Assembly (NCBI GenBank): GCA_963664195.1
Contig: OY760907.1
Coordinates: 1,312,001 to 1,376,000 of the forward strand
Source: an uncultured candidate division Zixibacteria bacterium
Lineage (GTDB): Bacteria; Zixibacteria; MSB-5A5; GN15; FEB-12
DNA: 64,000 bases
Direction: 5' to 3'
Under the pieces are notes generated by a model. It worked only from the letters and a program-made list of their open reading frames with translations. It ran no database searches and was not told the origin of the DNA. Position numbers and translations under genes: made by a program. The first letter of the stretch is position 1, and each line of letters starts with the position of its first letter. Shown piece after piece: positions 39,116 to 47,905 of the stretch.

Positions 39116-39808
39116 CTAAAGAGACTGCCGGGAACCAAAAATAGCCGTGCCGACCCTGATCATCGTCGCTCCCTCCGCTATGGCTAGCTCGAAATCGCCG
39201 GACATACCCATCGAAAGGCAGTCAAACTGATCGCCGACAATCGCTTTCCCCTCCTTGAAAAGCTCCCGACAGCGGGCGAAAGCCTCACGGATATCATCCT
39301 CATCGTCGCTCTGCGGCCCAATAGCCATCAGACCGGCAAGCTCGATATTCGGCAACCCGTAGACTTTTTTCACCAGATCAAGCGTATCCTCAGGGGCCAC
39401 GCCGCTCTTGGCTTCCTCGCCGGAGATATTGACCTCGATCAGACACTCGATTTTCCGCTCGATTTCCCCGGCCCGCCTGCTGATTTCCTCGGCAAGTTTA
39501 AGCGAGTCAACAGAATGGATGACATCGAATAACTGCACCGCCTTTTTGACCTTGTTCGTCTGGAGATGCCCGATCATGTGGTAACGGGCGATATGCCCCA
39601 CCTCGATGATCTTCTCCTCCGCCTCCTGGATACGGCTTTCCCCGATATCCCTGCATCCGGCCGCCACAGCAGTCTGAATCATACTGGCAGAATGGGTCTT
39701 GGAAACCGCTACGAGGGTGATGTCGTTCGCGTCGCGGTCGTATTCTTCACAGGCCTCAGCAATGCGGCCGTGAATCTCCATGAGATTAGCAGCTATCGTG
39801 TCTTTCAT
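39116..39808 (-). CDS. yggS: YggS/PLPBP pyridoxal phosphate homeostasis protein
   Basis: LVAVSKT, GESRIQE, HMIGHLQTNK, SMGMSGDFELAIAEGATMIRVGT. Confidence 0.96.
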   Translation of the reverse strand: MKDTIAANLMEIHGRIAEACEEYDRDANDITLVAVSKTHSASMIQTAVAAGCRDIGESRIQEAEEKIIEVGHIARYHMIGHLQTNKVKKAVQLFDVIHSVDSLKLAEEISRRAGEIERKIECLIEVNISGEEAKSGVAPEDTLDLVKKVYGLPNIELAGLMAIGPQSDDEDDIREAFARCRELFKEGKAIVGDQFDCLSMGMSGDFELAIAEGATMIRVGTAIFGSRQSL

Positions 39809-39874
39809 TTGTACGGAGAATTAAAGGTAAACCGGGCGGTTTTATCAAGAGAAATATGAGCGGAACTGGACCGA

Positions 39875-40114
39875 CTAGCAGTCCTGCTCCACGATAAGTT
39901 TCTGGCGACGGTCAAACCCGACCGATTCGACCTTCGAATATCGCATCACTTTCAAAGTGTGACGGAAGCTGTCGTCGGCGACGCTGACCTCTTTGACCCG
40001 CAAATCCTGTAACATACTGCCAAGCAAACCGTAGAGCTGCGCCAACTCGCTGGTGGTCAAATAGATCGCGCCCTCGGTGAAGGTCTTGTCCTCTTCGGCA
40101 TTGTATAATCGCAT
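39875..40114 (-). CDS. Small hypothetical protein
   Basis: 79 aa, purine-rich SD, globular composition (IYLTTSELAQLYGLL). Confidence 0.6.
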   Translation of the reverse strand: MRLYNAEEDKTFTEGAIYLTTSELAQLYGLLGSMLQDLRVKEVSVADDSFRHTLKVMRYSKVESVGFDRRQKLIVEQDC

Positions 40115-40136
40115 GTTTTCGCTCTCTCTCGATTCT

Positions 40137-40296
40137 GTGCGCGGCAGACGTCCCCGTCTGCCCCAGCCTCACGCTTTCTCTCGTGATCGTCAGGGTTCCA
40201 TCCCTGAGGGATCCCCGGCCCAAGCAAGCTTGAACCGGCCACCCGGACAGAACATGCATCGTTCCGTGGGCGGCAGACGCTTGTCGTCTGCCCCAG
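40137..40296 (+). repeat. Two direct copies of REP-like family G
   Basis: GCGGCAGACG-N4/5-CGTCTGCCCCAG at 40141-40166 and 40270-40296. Confidence 0.8.
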
Positions 40297-40298
40297 TA

Positions 40299-41477
40299 CT
40301 AAGCCGTCGCCAACTGGTACGAGTCCTGACTCATCGACGGGCCAAACAGGTTGGCCGGCATCGAGGCTGGCATCGTCGGTGTCGGAGCCGGCGGCTGGAA
40401 TTTCGTTTGGACGCCAGCCAGAGCCGTGTCTACCTTATCAAAGAAATTCTCGATTGTACTCGTCAAATGCTCGCGGGCCATATCGACCTGCGCCCCGCTG
40501 AACCCGAGTTCCTCGGCGGCGGCATCGAAAAACGCCGTGACGTTCTCGACCAGCTTGTCTTCGGTAGCATCGAGGTAACCGTCGACCGCATTGAAGAACG
40601 TCGCCATCATCTCGGTCGATCCCTTGGCTGCTACTTCACCGGCGGTATTGATGTACTGCTCGGTCGATTCCGGAGCGTCTTTGGCTACCTGTTCGGTCTG
40701 GGTGTTGAATTTCTGGGCGAATTCCATACTGAACTTGTTGTCCAGACGATATCGCAGCGCAAACCGGTTGGTCGTGCGACGGTGCGAGTCTTTCACGGAT
40801 TCATCCACCGAACGACGCACCTTCACCGACTCACAGTAGAACGATTTCATCTTGAAGTCGCGGCTCTGGACCTTCATCCGCCCCATATCCTGACCGGAAG
40901 CCTTGGTTCGCGAGTGGCTGCGCGACTCACCCACGTTTTCCTCGCCGGTGGTCTTGATTCTCTCAGAGCCTCGGAGGTCGAATTTCGCCGTCAGACCGAA
41001 CCCAGCTTTGGCGACTTCCTCAAGCTTGCTCAAATCACCGTTGGCGATTTCTGTCATCGTCTGCTGCACGGCGCTGAGATTGAACCGAAGGTCCAGCTTG
41101 TACTCAAGCGTCGCCTTGCGCTTGTACGAATAGGTACCGTCGGGTGCCTGCTCGACCGGAGCCTGCGTCGACGGAGCTTGCGCGTCCTCTCCTGTCTCGG
41201 TTTTGGTGTCACCGAGAGGGGAGTTGTTCTGCGCCGCGTCTTTTTTGTCTGCCGTCGGCGCCTGCGCTTCTTCTCTCTCCGCGACCGGAGTCGATTGTTC
41301 GTACTGATCTACCGGAGCCGTGTACCCCGGTGCCTCGGATTCGGGAACCTGGACGCGACCATCTTTGAAGTCCTCAGGAGTCCGGTTGGCGGCGACATCC
41401 TGCGCCTGTGTATAATTGCGGTCGATGAACTGATTGGCGATACTTGCCAGAAAACTCTGTAGTCCAGTCATTGCCAC
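40299..41477 (-). CDS. Hypothetical protein (disordered N-half, helical C-half)
   Basis: 392-aa ORF with normal codon usage and an SD-like GAGGTG; no family recognised. Confidence 0.75.
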   Translation of the reverse strand: MAMTGLQSFLASIANQFIDRNYTQAQDVAANRTPEDFKDGRVQVPESEAPGYTAPVDQYEQSTPVAEREEAQAPTADKKDAAQNNSPLGDTKTETGEDAQAPSTQAPVEQAPDGTYSYKRKATLEYKLDLRFNLSAVQQTMTEIANGDLSKLEEVAKAGFGLTAKFDLRGSERIKTTGEENVGESRSHSRTKASGQDMGRMKVQSRDFKMKSFYCESVKVRRSVDESVKDSHRRTTNRFALRYRLDNKFSMEFAQKFNTQTEQVAKDAPESTEQYINTAGEVAAKGSTEMMATFFNAVDGYLDATEDKLVENVTAFFDAAAEELGFSGAQVDMAREHLTSTIENFFDKVDTALAGVQTKFQPPAPTPTMPASMPANLFGPSMSQDSYQLATA

Positions 41478-41564
41478 ACCTCTTTAGTCTTTTTTTACAG
41501 AACTATAATTGCCCTCTTTCCCTTATCGACTCCTGTATTGATTAGCAAAGGGCATCTGTGATGC

Positions 41565-41593
41565 TTGACGGGATTTGGCGGGTCTGTTATAAT
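41565..41593 (+). promoter_or_regulatory. Strong sigma70-type promoter TTGACG-N17-TATAAT (extended -10 TG)
   Basis: Near-consensus hexamers upstream of 41647. Confidence 0.75.
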
Positions 41594-41646
41594 AGTTGTT
41601 CAAAAAGTAAACAGCATCACCGCTCAATTGCAGGGGAGGTCCCAAT

Positions 41647-42075
41647 ATGCCACGACAGTTCTTGACTCTCTTATCGCTCATGTTCGTTCTGGCTCTGGCC
41701 GGATGTTCGACTGATACCGGCGACGGTGCCGGCGGGCCGATCTCTTCGCAGCAGGACGAGGAACTGAGCCTCAAGGTAACGACCACCACCGGCGGGGCAG
41801 GTATTGAGCCGCAAACTACTATCACCTTCGACCTCCCGACGGCGGGCGAGTACACAGTTGTCGTCAGAAATGCCACCGGGTATCGAGTGAAACTGATATC
41901 CGGGCACGCGGATGCGGGAATTGTCCAGGTCGCGTGGGATGCGCGGAATGATGACGGCGAGCTAATCAAAGACGGGATTTACCTGTTTGAAATAACGGAC
42001 GGTGAGAATTACGCGTACAGGTACCGCCTAATGTGCATTACCGAAGACTGCGGAGGGCTGATCGACAATGACTAG
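41647..42075 (+). CDS. Lipoprotein with FlgD-Ig-like domain
   Basis: Lipobox LAGC; TTITFDLP...WDARNDDG....DGIYLF. Confidence 0.8.
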   Translation: MPRQFLTLLSLMFVLALAGCSTDTGDGAGGPISSQQDEELSLKVTTTTGGAGIEPQTTITFDLPTAGEYTVVVRNATGYRVKLISGHADAGIVQVAWDARNDDGELIKDGIYLFEITDGENYAYRYRLMCITEDCGGLIDND

Positions 42076-42754
42076 TCACAGATTGATCGACACTAACTCC
42101 GTTCTTTGCGGCTACATATTGGGACTTATGCTTCTTATAGTCGCCTGTCCCACCTCAAGCTCTGTTGCGGACGATTTCGTTCATTCGAGGAGCATCCAAT
42201 CTCAGGATCGAATCCCGCAGCGCGACAGGCTGGACTTCGAAGCAGGTTACTTCACCGCCCGACGAGGAGATTTCCGTGAGGTGTATGGAAGCGGCGCTAC
42301 CTTTGCGGCTTCGTTTGAGCACCGTATCAACAAGCGATTTGGCTGGGGGCTGCGTTCGACCATTGGCAAGCAATCGCTAGATGCAGGCCTCAGATACTGG
42401 AGCCTCACGATCTGCCCGCATATCACGCTTACGGTTGTTGAGTCGAAGACATTTCGCCGCGTAATCGGTGTGGGCCTGGGGGCGGGCTATCGTCATGTGA
42501 ATCTTGCTGCCAGTAGAACCACAGAGCATGCTCCCGATATCGCAGCCTCTTATACTGTCACCCAACGCTCCTTCGGTGCATTCACCATGGCCATGGCCGG
42601 ATTTGATCTTCGCCTCTCCGAGAGGTTCTGTTTTGGTGGTCGGGCCTATTTTGACTACTATTTCACCGATCAGCTCTTCGGCGATGTCAAGCGCGGCGAC
42701 TTCGGCGACACCGGCGGGTTGAGTTTCACGGGCCGCATAGGCTTCGCGCTGTAG
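42068..42754 (+). CDS. Probable outer-membrane beta-barrel protein
   Basis: Signal-like N-terminus, alternating beta strands, C-terminal GRIGFAL. Confidence 0.65.
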   Translation: MTSHRLIDTNSVLCGYILGLMLLIVACPTSSSVADDFVHSRSIQSQDRIPQRDRLDFEAGYFTARRGDFREVYGSGATFAASFEHRINKRFGWGLRSTIGKQSLDAGLRYWSLTICPHITLTVVESKTFRRVIGVGLGAGYRHVNLAASRTTEHAPDIAASYTVTQRSFGAFTMAMAGFDLRLSERFCFGGRAYFDYYFTDQLFGDVKRGDFGDTGGLSFTGRIGFAL

Positions 42755-42849
42755 GGCCATAACCGACGCAAATAACTTGCATCCCCCCGACGGATTCATT
42801 ACCGTCGTGCAGTACGATTACGTCACTTATAAGCATAAGGACAGACAAC

Positions 42850-43338
42850 ATGACCCCGGTTAATCCCGAAATACTCAACGCCCTCACCGCCGGCATAGGC
42901 GCGGAAATAGCCAGCTACGTTTTCTACCTCGAAGCCGCTAAAAAGGCGGAAACGGCCGAATTCAAATCGGTGCTCGAAGATCTCGCGCTCGAGGAAAAGA
43001 AACACTTCCAGATTCTGGAACGTCAGCACAGCTCCCTGATCAAATCCGAACAGTGGATTTCCCTCGCCGATGTGCTCAAGGGCGAAGGTCTCCCCGAGAT
43101 CAACGAAGACATGGCCGGCGCGCACACAGCCCTCATCGATGAAGTCCGTAACGCCGACTCGATGAAAACCGTCCTCGATATCGCCTACCGTCTCGAGGTA
43201 GAAGCGTTCGAGATGTTCGACAAGTATGCCCATGCGGCGACCTCTCCCGAAGGCACGAAGATCTTCACCGAGCTGGCCAAGTTCGAGAAGGGCCACATGC
43301 GCCAGGTCAAGCAGATGATTGCGGATTACGTCAAGTAA
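42850..43338 (+). CDS. Ferritin-like/rubrerythrin family protein
   Basis: Duplicated E..x..FY...LA.EEKKH and E..A...LAKFEKGH di-iron motifs. Confidence 0.88.
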   Translation: MTPVNPEILNALTAGIGAEIASYVFYLEAAKKAETAEFKSVLEDLALEEKKHFQILERQHSSLIKSEQWISLADVLKGEGLPEINEDMAGAHTALIDEVRNADSMKTVLDIAYRLEVEAFEMFDKYAHAATSPEGTKIFTELAKFEKGHMRQVKQMIADYVK

Positions 43339-43341
43339 GAC

Positions 43342-44502
43342 ATGGACAAAAAACGGCTCCTCAATTGGATCGAACTTTCCCGGCCCGCTCTCAATAAGAA
43401 TATCGATTCGCTCGCAAACCTAGCCGGACCAGGACGAAAGCTAGCAGTATGCGTCAAGTCCAACGCCTACGGCCACGGTCTCCCGCAGATGGTGTCGATG
43501 CTCTCCGACAGAGGTGAAGTCGACTACCTGACCGTCCATTCCCTCGAGGAAGCCCTCCTCTGCCGCATGTCCGGCTGGCAACGCAAGATCATGTTGCTCG
43601 GCCCGGTGCCGCTGTGTGCGCTCGAAGAAGTCCTCGAACATGATCTGGAGCCGGTCGTGTTTACCCGCGAGTCTCTTACCGAACTCGGCAAGCTTTCCAG
43701 CAAGTGGGGAAAACCGGTACGCACGCATCTCAAACTCGAAACCGGTACGCACCGTCAGGGGATCACCGAAAAGGACCTGAAGTCTTTCGCGTCGATCTAT
43801 AAGAAGTACCCGTACTTGAAAAGCCCCCACGGGGCCGCGATGCACTTTGCGAACATCGAGGATACCACCAATCACGAGTTCGCGCAGTCGCAGCTTGATA
43901 ATTTCAATCGCATGGTCAAGACAATGACGAAACTCGGCATCAAGCCCCAAGTCCGTCACACGGCCAGTTCGGCGGCGCTTATCCTGTTCGAGAAGACCAG
44001 GTTTGAACTTGTCCGTCCGGGCATCGCAACCTACGGTCACTGGCCCTCGAAAGAAACCTATCTCAGCTACCGGCTCGAGGGCGGCACCAACAGCATTTTC
44101 GATCCGGTGCTGACCTGGAAAACGCGCGTGACACAAATCAAGGAGCTTCCGACCGATTCCTACATCGGTTACGGCTGCACCTATCGCACGACCTCGCCAA
44201 CCAAACTGGCCGTGCTGCCGGTGGGGTATGCCGACGGGTACTCGCGGGGGCTGTCCAACGTGGCTCACGTGCTCATTCGTGGCAAGCGCGCCCCTGTTCG
44301 CGGGCGAGTCTGCATGAACTTGATTATGGTTGATATCACCGACATCCCCGGCGTCAAACTAGAGGAACCGGTAACACTTCTGGGTCGTCAGAAAGGTGAA
44401 ACGGTGTCCGCCGAGCAGTTGGCATCGTGGTCCGGCACCATCAATTATGAGATTTTGGCTCGTTTGTCCCCCGGTTTGCCTCGTTTGATAGCTTCTTGCT
44501 AA
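43342..44502 (+). CDS. alr: Alanine racemase
   Basis: VKSNAYGHG, HLKLETGTHRQG, VRPGI, GYADGY, GRVCMN, TINYEI. Confidence 0.96.
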   Translation: MDKKRLLNWIELSRPALNKNIDSLANLAGPGRKLAVCVKSNAYGHGLPQMVSMLSDRGEVDYLTVHSLEEALLCRMSGWQRKIMLLGPVPLCALEEVLEHDLEPVVFTRESLTELGKLSSKWGKPVRTHLKLETGTHRQGITEKDLKSFASIYKKYPYLKSPHGAAMHFANIEDTTNHEFAQSQLDNFNRMVKTMTKLGIKPQVRHTASSAALILFEKTRFELVRPGIATYGHWPSKETYLSYRLEGGTNSIFDPVLTWKTRVTQIKELPTDSYIGYGCTYRTTSPTKLAVLPVGYADGYSRGLSNVAHVLIRGKRAPVRGRVCMNLIMVDITDIPGVKLEEPVTLLGRQKGETVSAEQLASWSGTINYEILARLSPGLPRLIASC

Positions 44503-44571
44503 CTCGCTGAACAACAACGCCATATAGACGGTAGACTCTGGTCTTAATCAGGTCTATATTGACCCTTTATA

Positions 44572-44637
44572 TTGTTATAATTTTCACTTGACACCCCATA
44601 ACCCTCGGGATATACTTCCTTGTGAACGTTTTCACAT
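44572..44637 (+). promoter_or_regulatory. rex promoter (TTGACA 44588-93, N17, TATACT 44611-16) with Rex operator TTGTGAACGTTTTCACAT (44620-37) and a weaker second site (44572-89)
   Basis: Matches the Rex operator consensus TTGTGAA-N4-TTCACAA at 13/14 defined positions, directly upstream of rex. Confidence 0.9.
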
Positions 44638-44661
44638 ATAGCTTCTCAGGTAGGTTTTAGT

Positions 44662-45345
44662 TTGTCGGCGAGAAATAGCGACACCGGTGTCAACTCCGGA
44701 AAGAAGAGAATTTCAGAGTCAACCATTCATCGACTATCGTTGTACTTGCGTGCTCTGTCTGTTCTCGAAAAAGAGGGACATGAGACGGTCTCCTCTAAGG
44801 AACTCGCTAAACGCGAGAAGCTAACCCCTGCCCAGGTACGCAAAGATCTCTCTTTTTTTGGTTCATTCGGAACCCGCGGACTCGGCTACCCGGTCGCGAC
44901 ACTTCGTGAACAAATAGCAGGCATTCTCGGTATCAACCGGGCCTGGAAAGTCGCGTTGTTTGGGGTCGGTAATATCGGTTCGGCGTTGGTCAGCTACAAA
45001 GAGTTCTCACGGCAGGGCTTCCAGATCATCAAGCTGTTCGACAACGACCAACGGAAGATCGGCTCAAACCACAAAGGCATCATCATCTCCGACGCTCGCA
45101 ACATGCACGAGGAACTGGCCGAAGCCCAGATCGACATCGCGGTCGTAGCGGTGCCGGCGACCGTCGCACAGTACATTGTTGATGATATTTGCAAAGCCGG
45201 AATTAAGGCGATTCTGAATTTCGCCCCGATAAATCTTCGCGTCCCCGACGATGTTTACCTTCGCAATGAGAACATGTCGATGGAGCTTGAGTACTTGTCG
45301 TTTGCGTTGGTGAACAACCACGCCCAGAAACGTCCAAAAATCTGA
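44662..45345 (+). CDS. rex: Redox-sensing transcriptional repressor Rex
   Basis: TIHRLSLYLR, QVRKDLSFFGSFGTRGLGY, GVGNIGSAL, ILNFAP. Confidence 0.97.
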   Translation: MSARNSDTGVNSGKKRISESTIHRLSLYLRALSVLEKEGHETVSSKELAKREKLTPAQVRKDLSFFGSFGTRGLGYPVATLREQIAGILGINRAWKVALFGVGNIGSALVSYKEFSRQGFQIIKLFDNDQRKIGSNHKGIIISDARNMHEELAEAQIDIAVVAVPATVAQYIVDDICKAGIKAILNFAPINLRVPDDVYLRNENMSMELEYLSFALVNNHAQKRPKI

Positions 45346-45394
45346 CCACAGGGACGAGCGGAGCGGCTGAAACACCGTCGACATCTCTCAACAC

Positions 45395-47905
45395 CTAATC
45401 AGCCATGTTTTCAAACGTCGCGTGATAATCCGCTGTGCCTATCACCGTGTCGTAGAGACCGATATCTTCCCCCTCATGTTTATTGATGCCGATATACACT
45501 AAGCTGGCATCCTCATACCGTTTGAACTTATAGACCGCGTCATTCATCAATGCGCTGTTGAAGACTCCCAAACTGACAAGAAGCTCAAAATCTATCACAG
45601 ACAAGCCAGTGACTCTCTTGAATAGCCCCGGTTCAAGCTGGGTAATGACATCCTTGAGGCTACGCTCGCGATAGTCTGTCAAGTACATGAAAATAGGAAC
45701 ACGGGTGGCGAATTTGATGAGCTTTTCCTGAATCTGCTTACGCTTGCTCTTGTATTCTTTTTCTTCTTCAGTCAGTTTCTTTTTCTCTCTTGAGGACATC
45801 TCTTCGTCATTCTTGTCCTTCCGGGCCTTCTTCACCGCATCCGATTTGTTGATGATGGTTTCGATGTCCTGGTTAAGGCTACGGAACCCTTCAATACTCA
45901 TCAACGCCTCCAAGGCCGCATTGTTAGCCATCAAACGCTGCAACGTGCTGTTGTCCACATTCACCAGAAGGGCGCTCTCCCACTTCCGGGCCAGTAGCGT
46001 TGCGGATGTTCCGCTCATTGCGATGTCAAGAATACCCGCCGCATCTATCTGTTTCATGGAACTGCCGTCATAGGCCAGCACGGGCAGGAAACTGACAAAT
46101 TCCTCGACTTTTCTCTCGGGATTGTGCTCATCCGCGTTCAAGCGGCAACTATAATCGGCGATCTGTCGCAAGGCCCTATCCGGAGCAAAATCAAAGACAT
46201 AGCATTCTCTCTTGATAATTTCCTCACGGTTGGGTGAATTGTCATCCTGATTCATAACAGTCCAAGGGGTCTGTACGCGGAAAGCTGCCTGAAAATAGGT
46301 CTCCGGGGTGGATGAGTTACGCAGCATGAATATGCCCGTCCATGGCCGCACAGTCACCCCCGTTGTCAGTTTCCCGCAAGACAACGTGATCGTTTTCGTC
46401 TTGAGGGGATCGTCCATCGCCTCCAACACGGGAGGCAGTGCCGCGGCACCTATCCCCGCGCCGCTCCCCGCCGCCACCAACACACAGTAGTCGTGATAAA
46501 AGCGATTCTGCTTCTGTGCCAGCAGATTGCGCATGGCGTGGCAAGCGGCTACACTCGGTAGGAACCAGAAAGTATGTGACAGCAGATTGAGCAATCGGGT
46601 GTGAGAGAAGGGCATCGGCGGCTTCTGCGCCCCCAGCTTCAAGTTGTCCACGGTAGTGGCCTGAAACGAACCTCTAATGAGGTCCAGCCACTTCTGTACT
46701 TCATCTTTGTATATGAACCGAGCCTTATCACCATTCCCCTCTGCTGAAAAGAAGATGTTCAGGTCAAACACGTCGTACTCCCCCTGCATAGCGATCTCGC
46801 GGATGGCATCAGGCAGTTGATAGGTCATCAGCACCATGCGCGGGAGCGCCGCATAGGGGTTATCCTCGCCCTGCCAATCCTGATTGGCTCGTTGTTCATC
46901 CGAATACGTCCAGTTGAATATCTGCTCCTCAATAAACTCGCCCGAGGCAATGGCCCGAAACGGTGTGCCGGACAGATACAGATAGGCATCCGTCGTAATC
47001 GGCATGATCTCTTCATCGAAATCCTTCAGCCCTTCCCCTTCGCCGAACTCGATCTCTTTCTTTTCCTCCGCCTCGAACAGCTCCCTGGCACTCTCGCGCC
47101 AGGCACCGTAGTGGTATTCGTCCAAGATAACGCAGTCCCAGTTGGTCGCATGCACCCACTCGTTTTTGGTTTTGATGCCGCCCGTGCTTTTGTTTTTGCC
47201 CAAATAGTCCTGAAACGAGCCGAAACAGACGAAGGGCTTCTTCATGTTTGCATCTTCGTAGGCGAGGCCACCCGGCGAGATGAACTGCCAACCCTTGAAA
47301 TCAATGTGCCTCTTTAAGTCGTCCTCCCAGGCATTCTGAACCGCCGGTTTGAAGGTCAGCACCAGCACCTTGCGCCATTTCATCTTGTTCGCAAGCTGAT
47401 ACGCGGTAAAGGTCTTGCCGAAGCGCATCTTCGCGTTCCAGAGGTAATGTGGTGTCCTATGGGGATCGTCCCGGTGCGCACTCTTGAAATAGTCTGCAGT
47501 TCTCTCAACTGCTTCAATTTGCTCGGGCCGCATTTGGAAATCAAGCGAGCGATTTTCCTCGTTCCGTTGCCCCGTCCGCACGGCTATCACCGCCGCCTTC
47601 ACTGCGTCTACCGAACATTCAAACCACTCACCTTCCGGATTCTTCGCCCCCATGCTTCTCAGAATACGATGCACGTCATGATCTGTGAAGGCCGTGCCGT
47701 CGCTGCGCATGGCTGACTCTTCGAGCACAATCTTGTAGGGCGGTTTTCCGGGTTTCTTCGTGGGATACTGCTGCGCCACACGGGTTCGCACATCCACCGT
47801 CGTGTAGCCGACTTTCAGCAGACCTTTGTACTGCGGATTCGTGTCTTTGTAGGCGTAGATGGCCGGCTTCGATTGTGGCCGCGGTGGGAAGAACTCGTTA
47901 CTCAT
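45395..47905 (-). CDS. GIY-YIG (T5orf172-like) nuclease fused to ResIII-type SF2 helicase
   Basis: N-terminal IYAY...LKVGYT..DVRTRV.QQ...GEWF; NAKMRFGKT, LDEYH, LSGTPF, LTTGVT, YFQAAFRVQ. Confidence 0.88.
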   Translation of the reverse strand: MSNEFFPPRPQSKPAIYAYKDTNPQYKGLLKVGYTTVDVRTRVAQQYPTKKPGKPPYKIVLEESAMRSDGTAFTDHDVHRILRSMGAKNPEGEWFECSVDAVKAAVIAVRTGQRNEENRSLDFQMRPEQIEAVERTADYFKSAHRDDPHRTPHYLWNAKMRFGKTFTAYQLANKMKWRKVLVLTFKPAVQNAWEDDLKRHIDFKGWQFISPGGLAYEDANMKKPFVCFGSFQDYLGKNKSTGGIKTKNEWVHATNWDCVILDEYHYGAWRESARELFEAEEKKEIEFGEGEGLKDFDEEIMPITTDAYLYLSGTPFRAIASGEFIEEQIFNWTYSDEQRANQDWQGEDNPYAALPRMVLMTYQLPDAIREIAMQGEYDVFDLNIFFSAEGNGDKARFIYKDEVQKWLDLIRGSFQATTVDNLKLGAQKPPMPFSHTRLLNLLSHTFWFLPSVAACHAMRNLLAQKQNRFYHDYCVLVAAGSGAGIGAAALPPVLEAMDDPLKTKTITLSCGKLTTGVTVRPWTGIFMLRNSSTPETYFQAAFRVQTPWTVMNQDDNSPNREEIIKRECYVFDFAPDRALRQIADYSCRLNADEHNPERKVEEFVSFLPVLAYDGSSMKQIDAAGILDIAMSGTSATLLARKWESALLVNVDNSTLQRLMANNAALEALMSIEGFRSLNQDIETIINKSDAVKKARKDKNDEEMSSREKKKLTEEEKEYKSKRKQIQEKLIKFATRVPIFMYLTDYRERSLKDVITQLEPGLFKRVTGLSVIDFELLVSLGVFNSALMNDAVYKFKRYEDASLVYIGINKHEGEDIGLYDTVIGTADYHATFENMAD

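Noticed and set aside
40077..41462. 461-aa plus-strand ORF
   Set aside because: Arg-rich antisense shadow of 40299-41477 that runs through REP palindromes.
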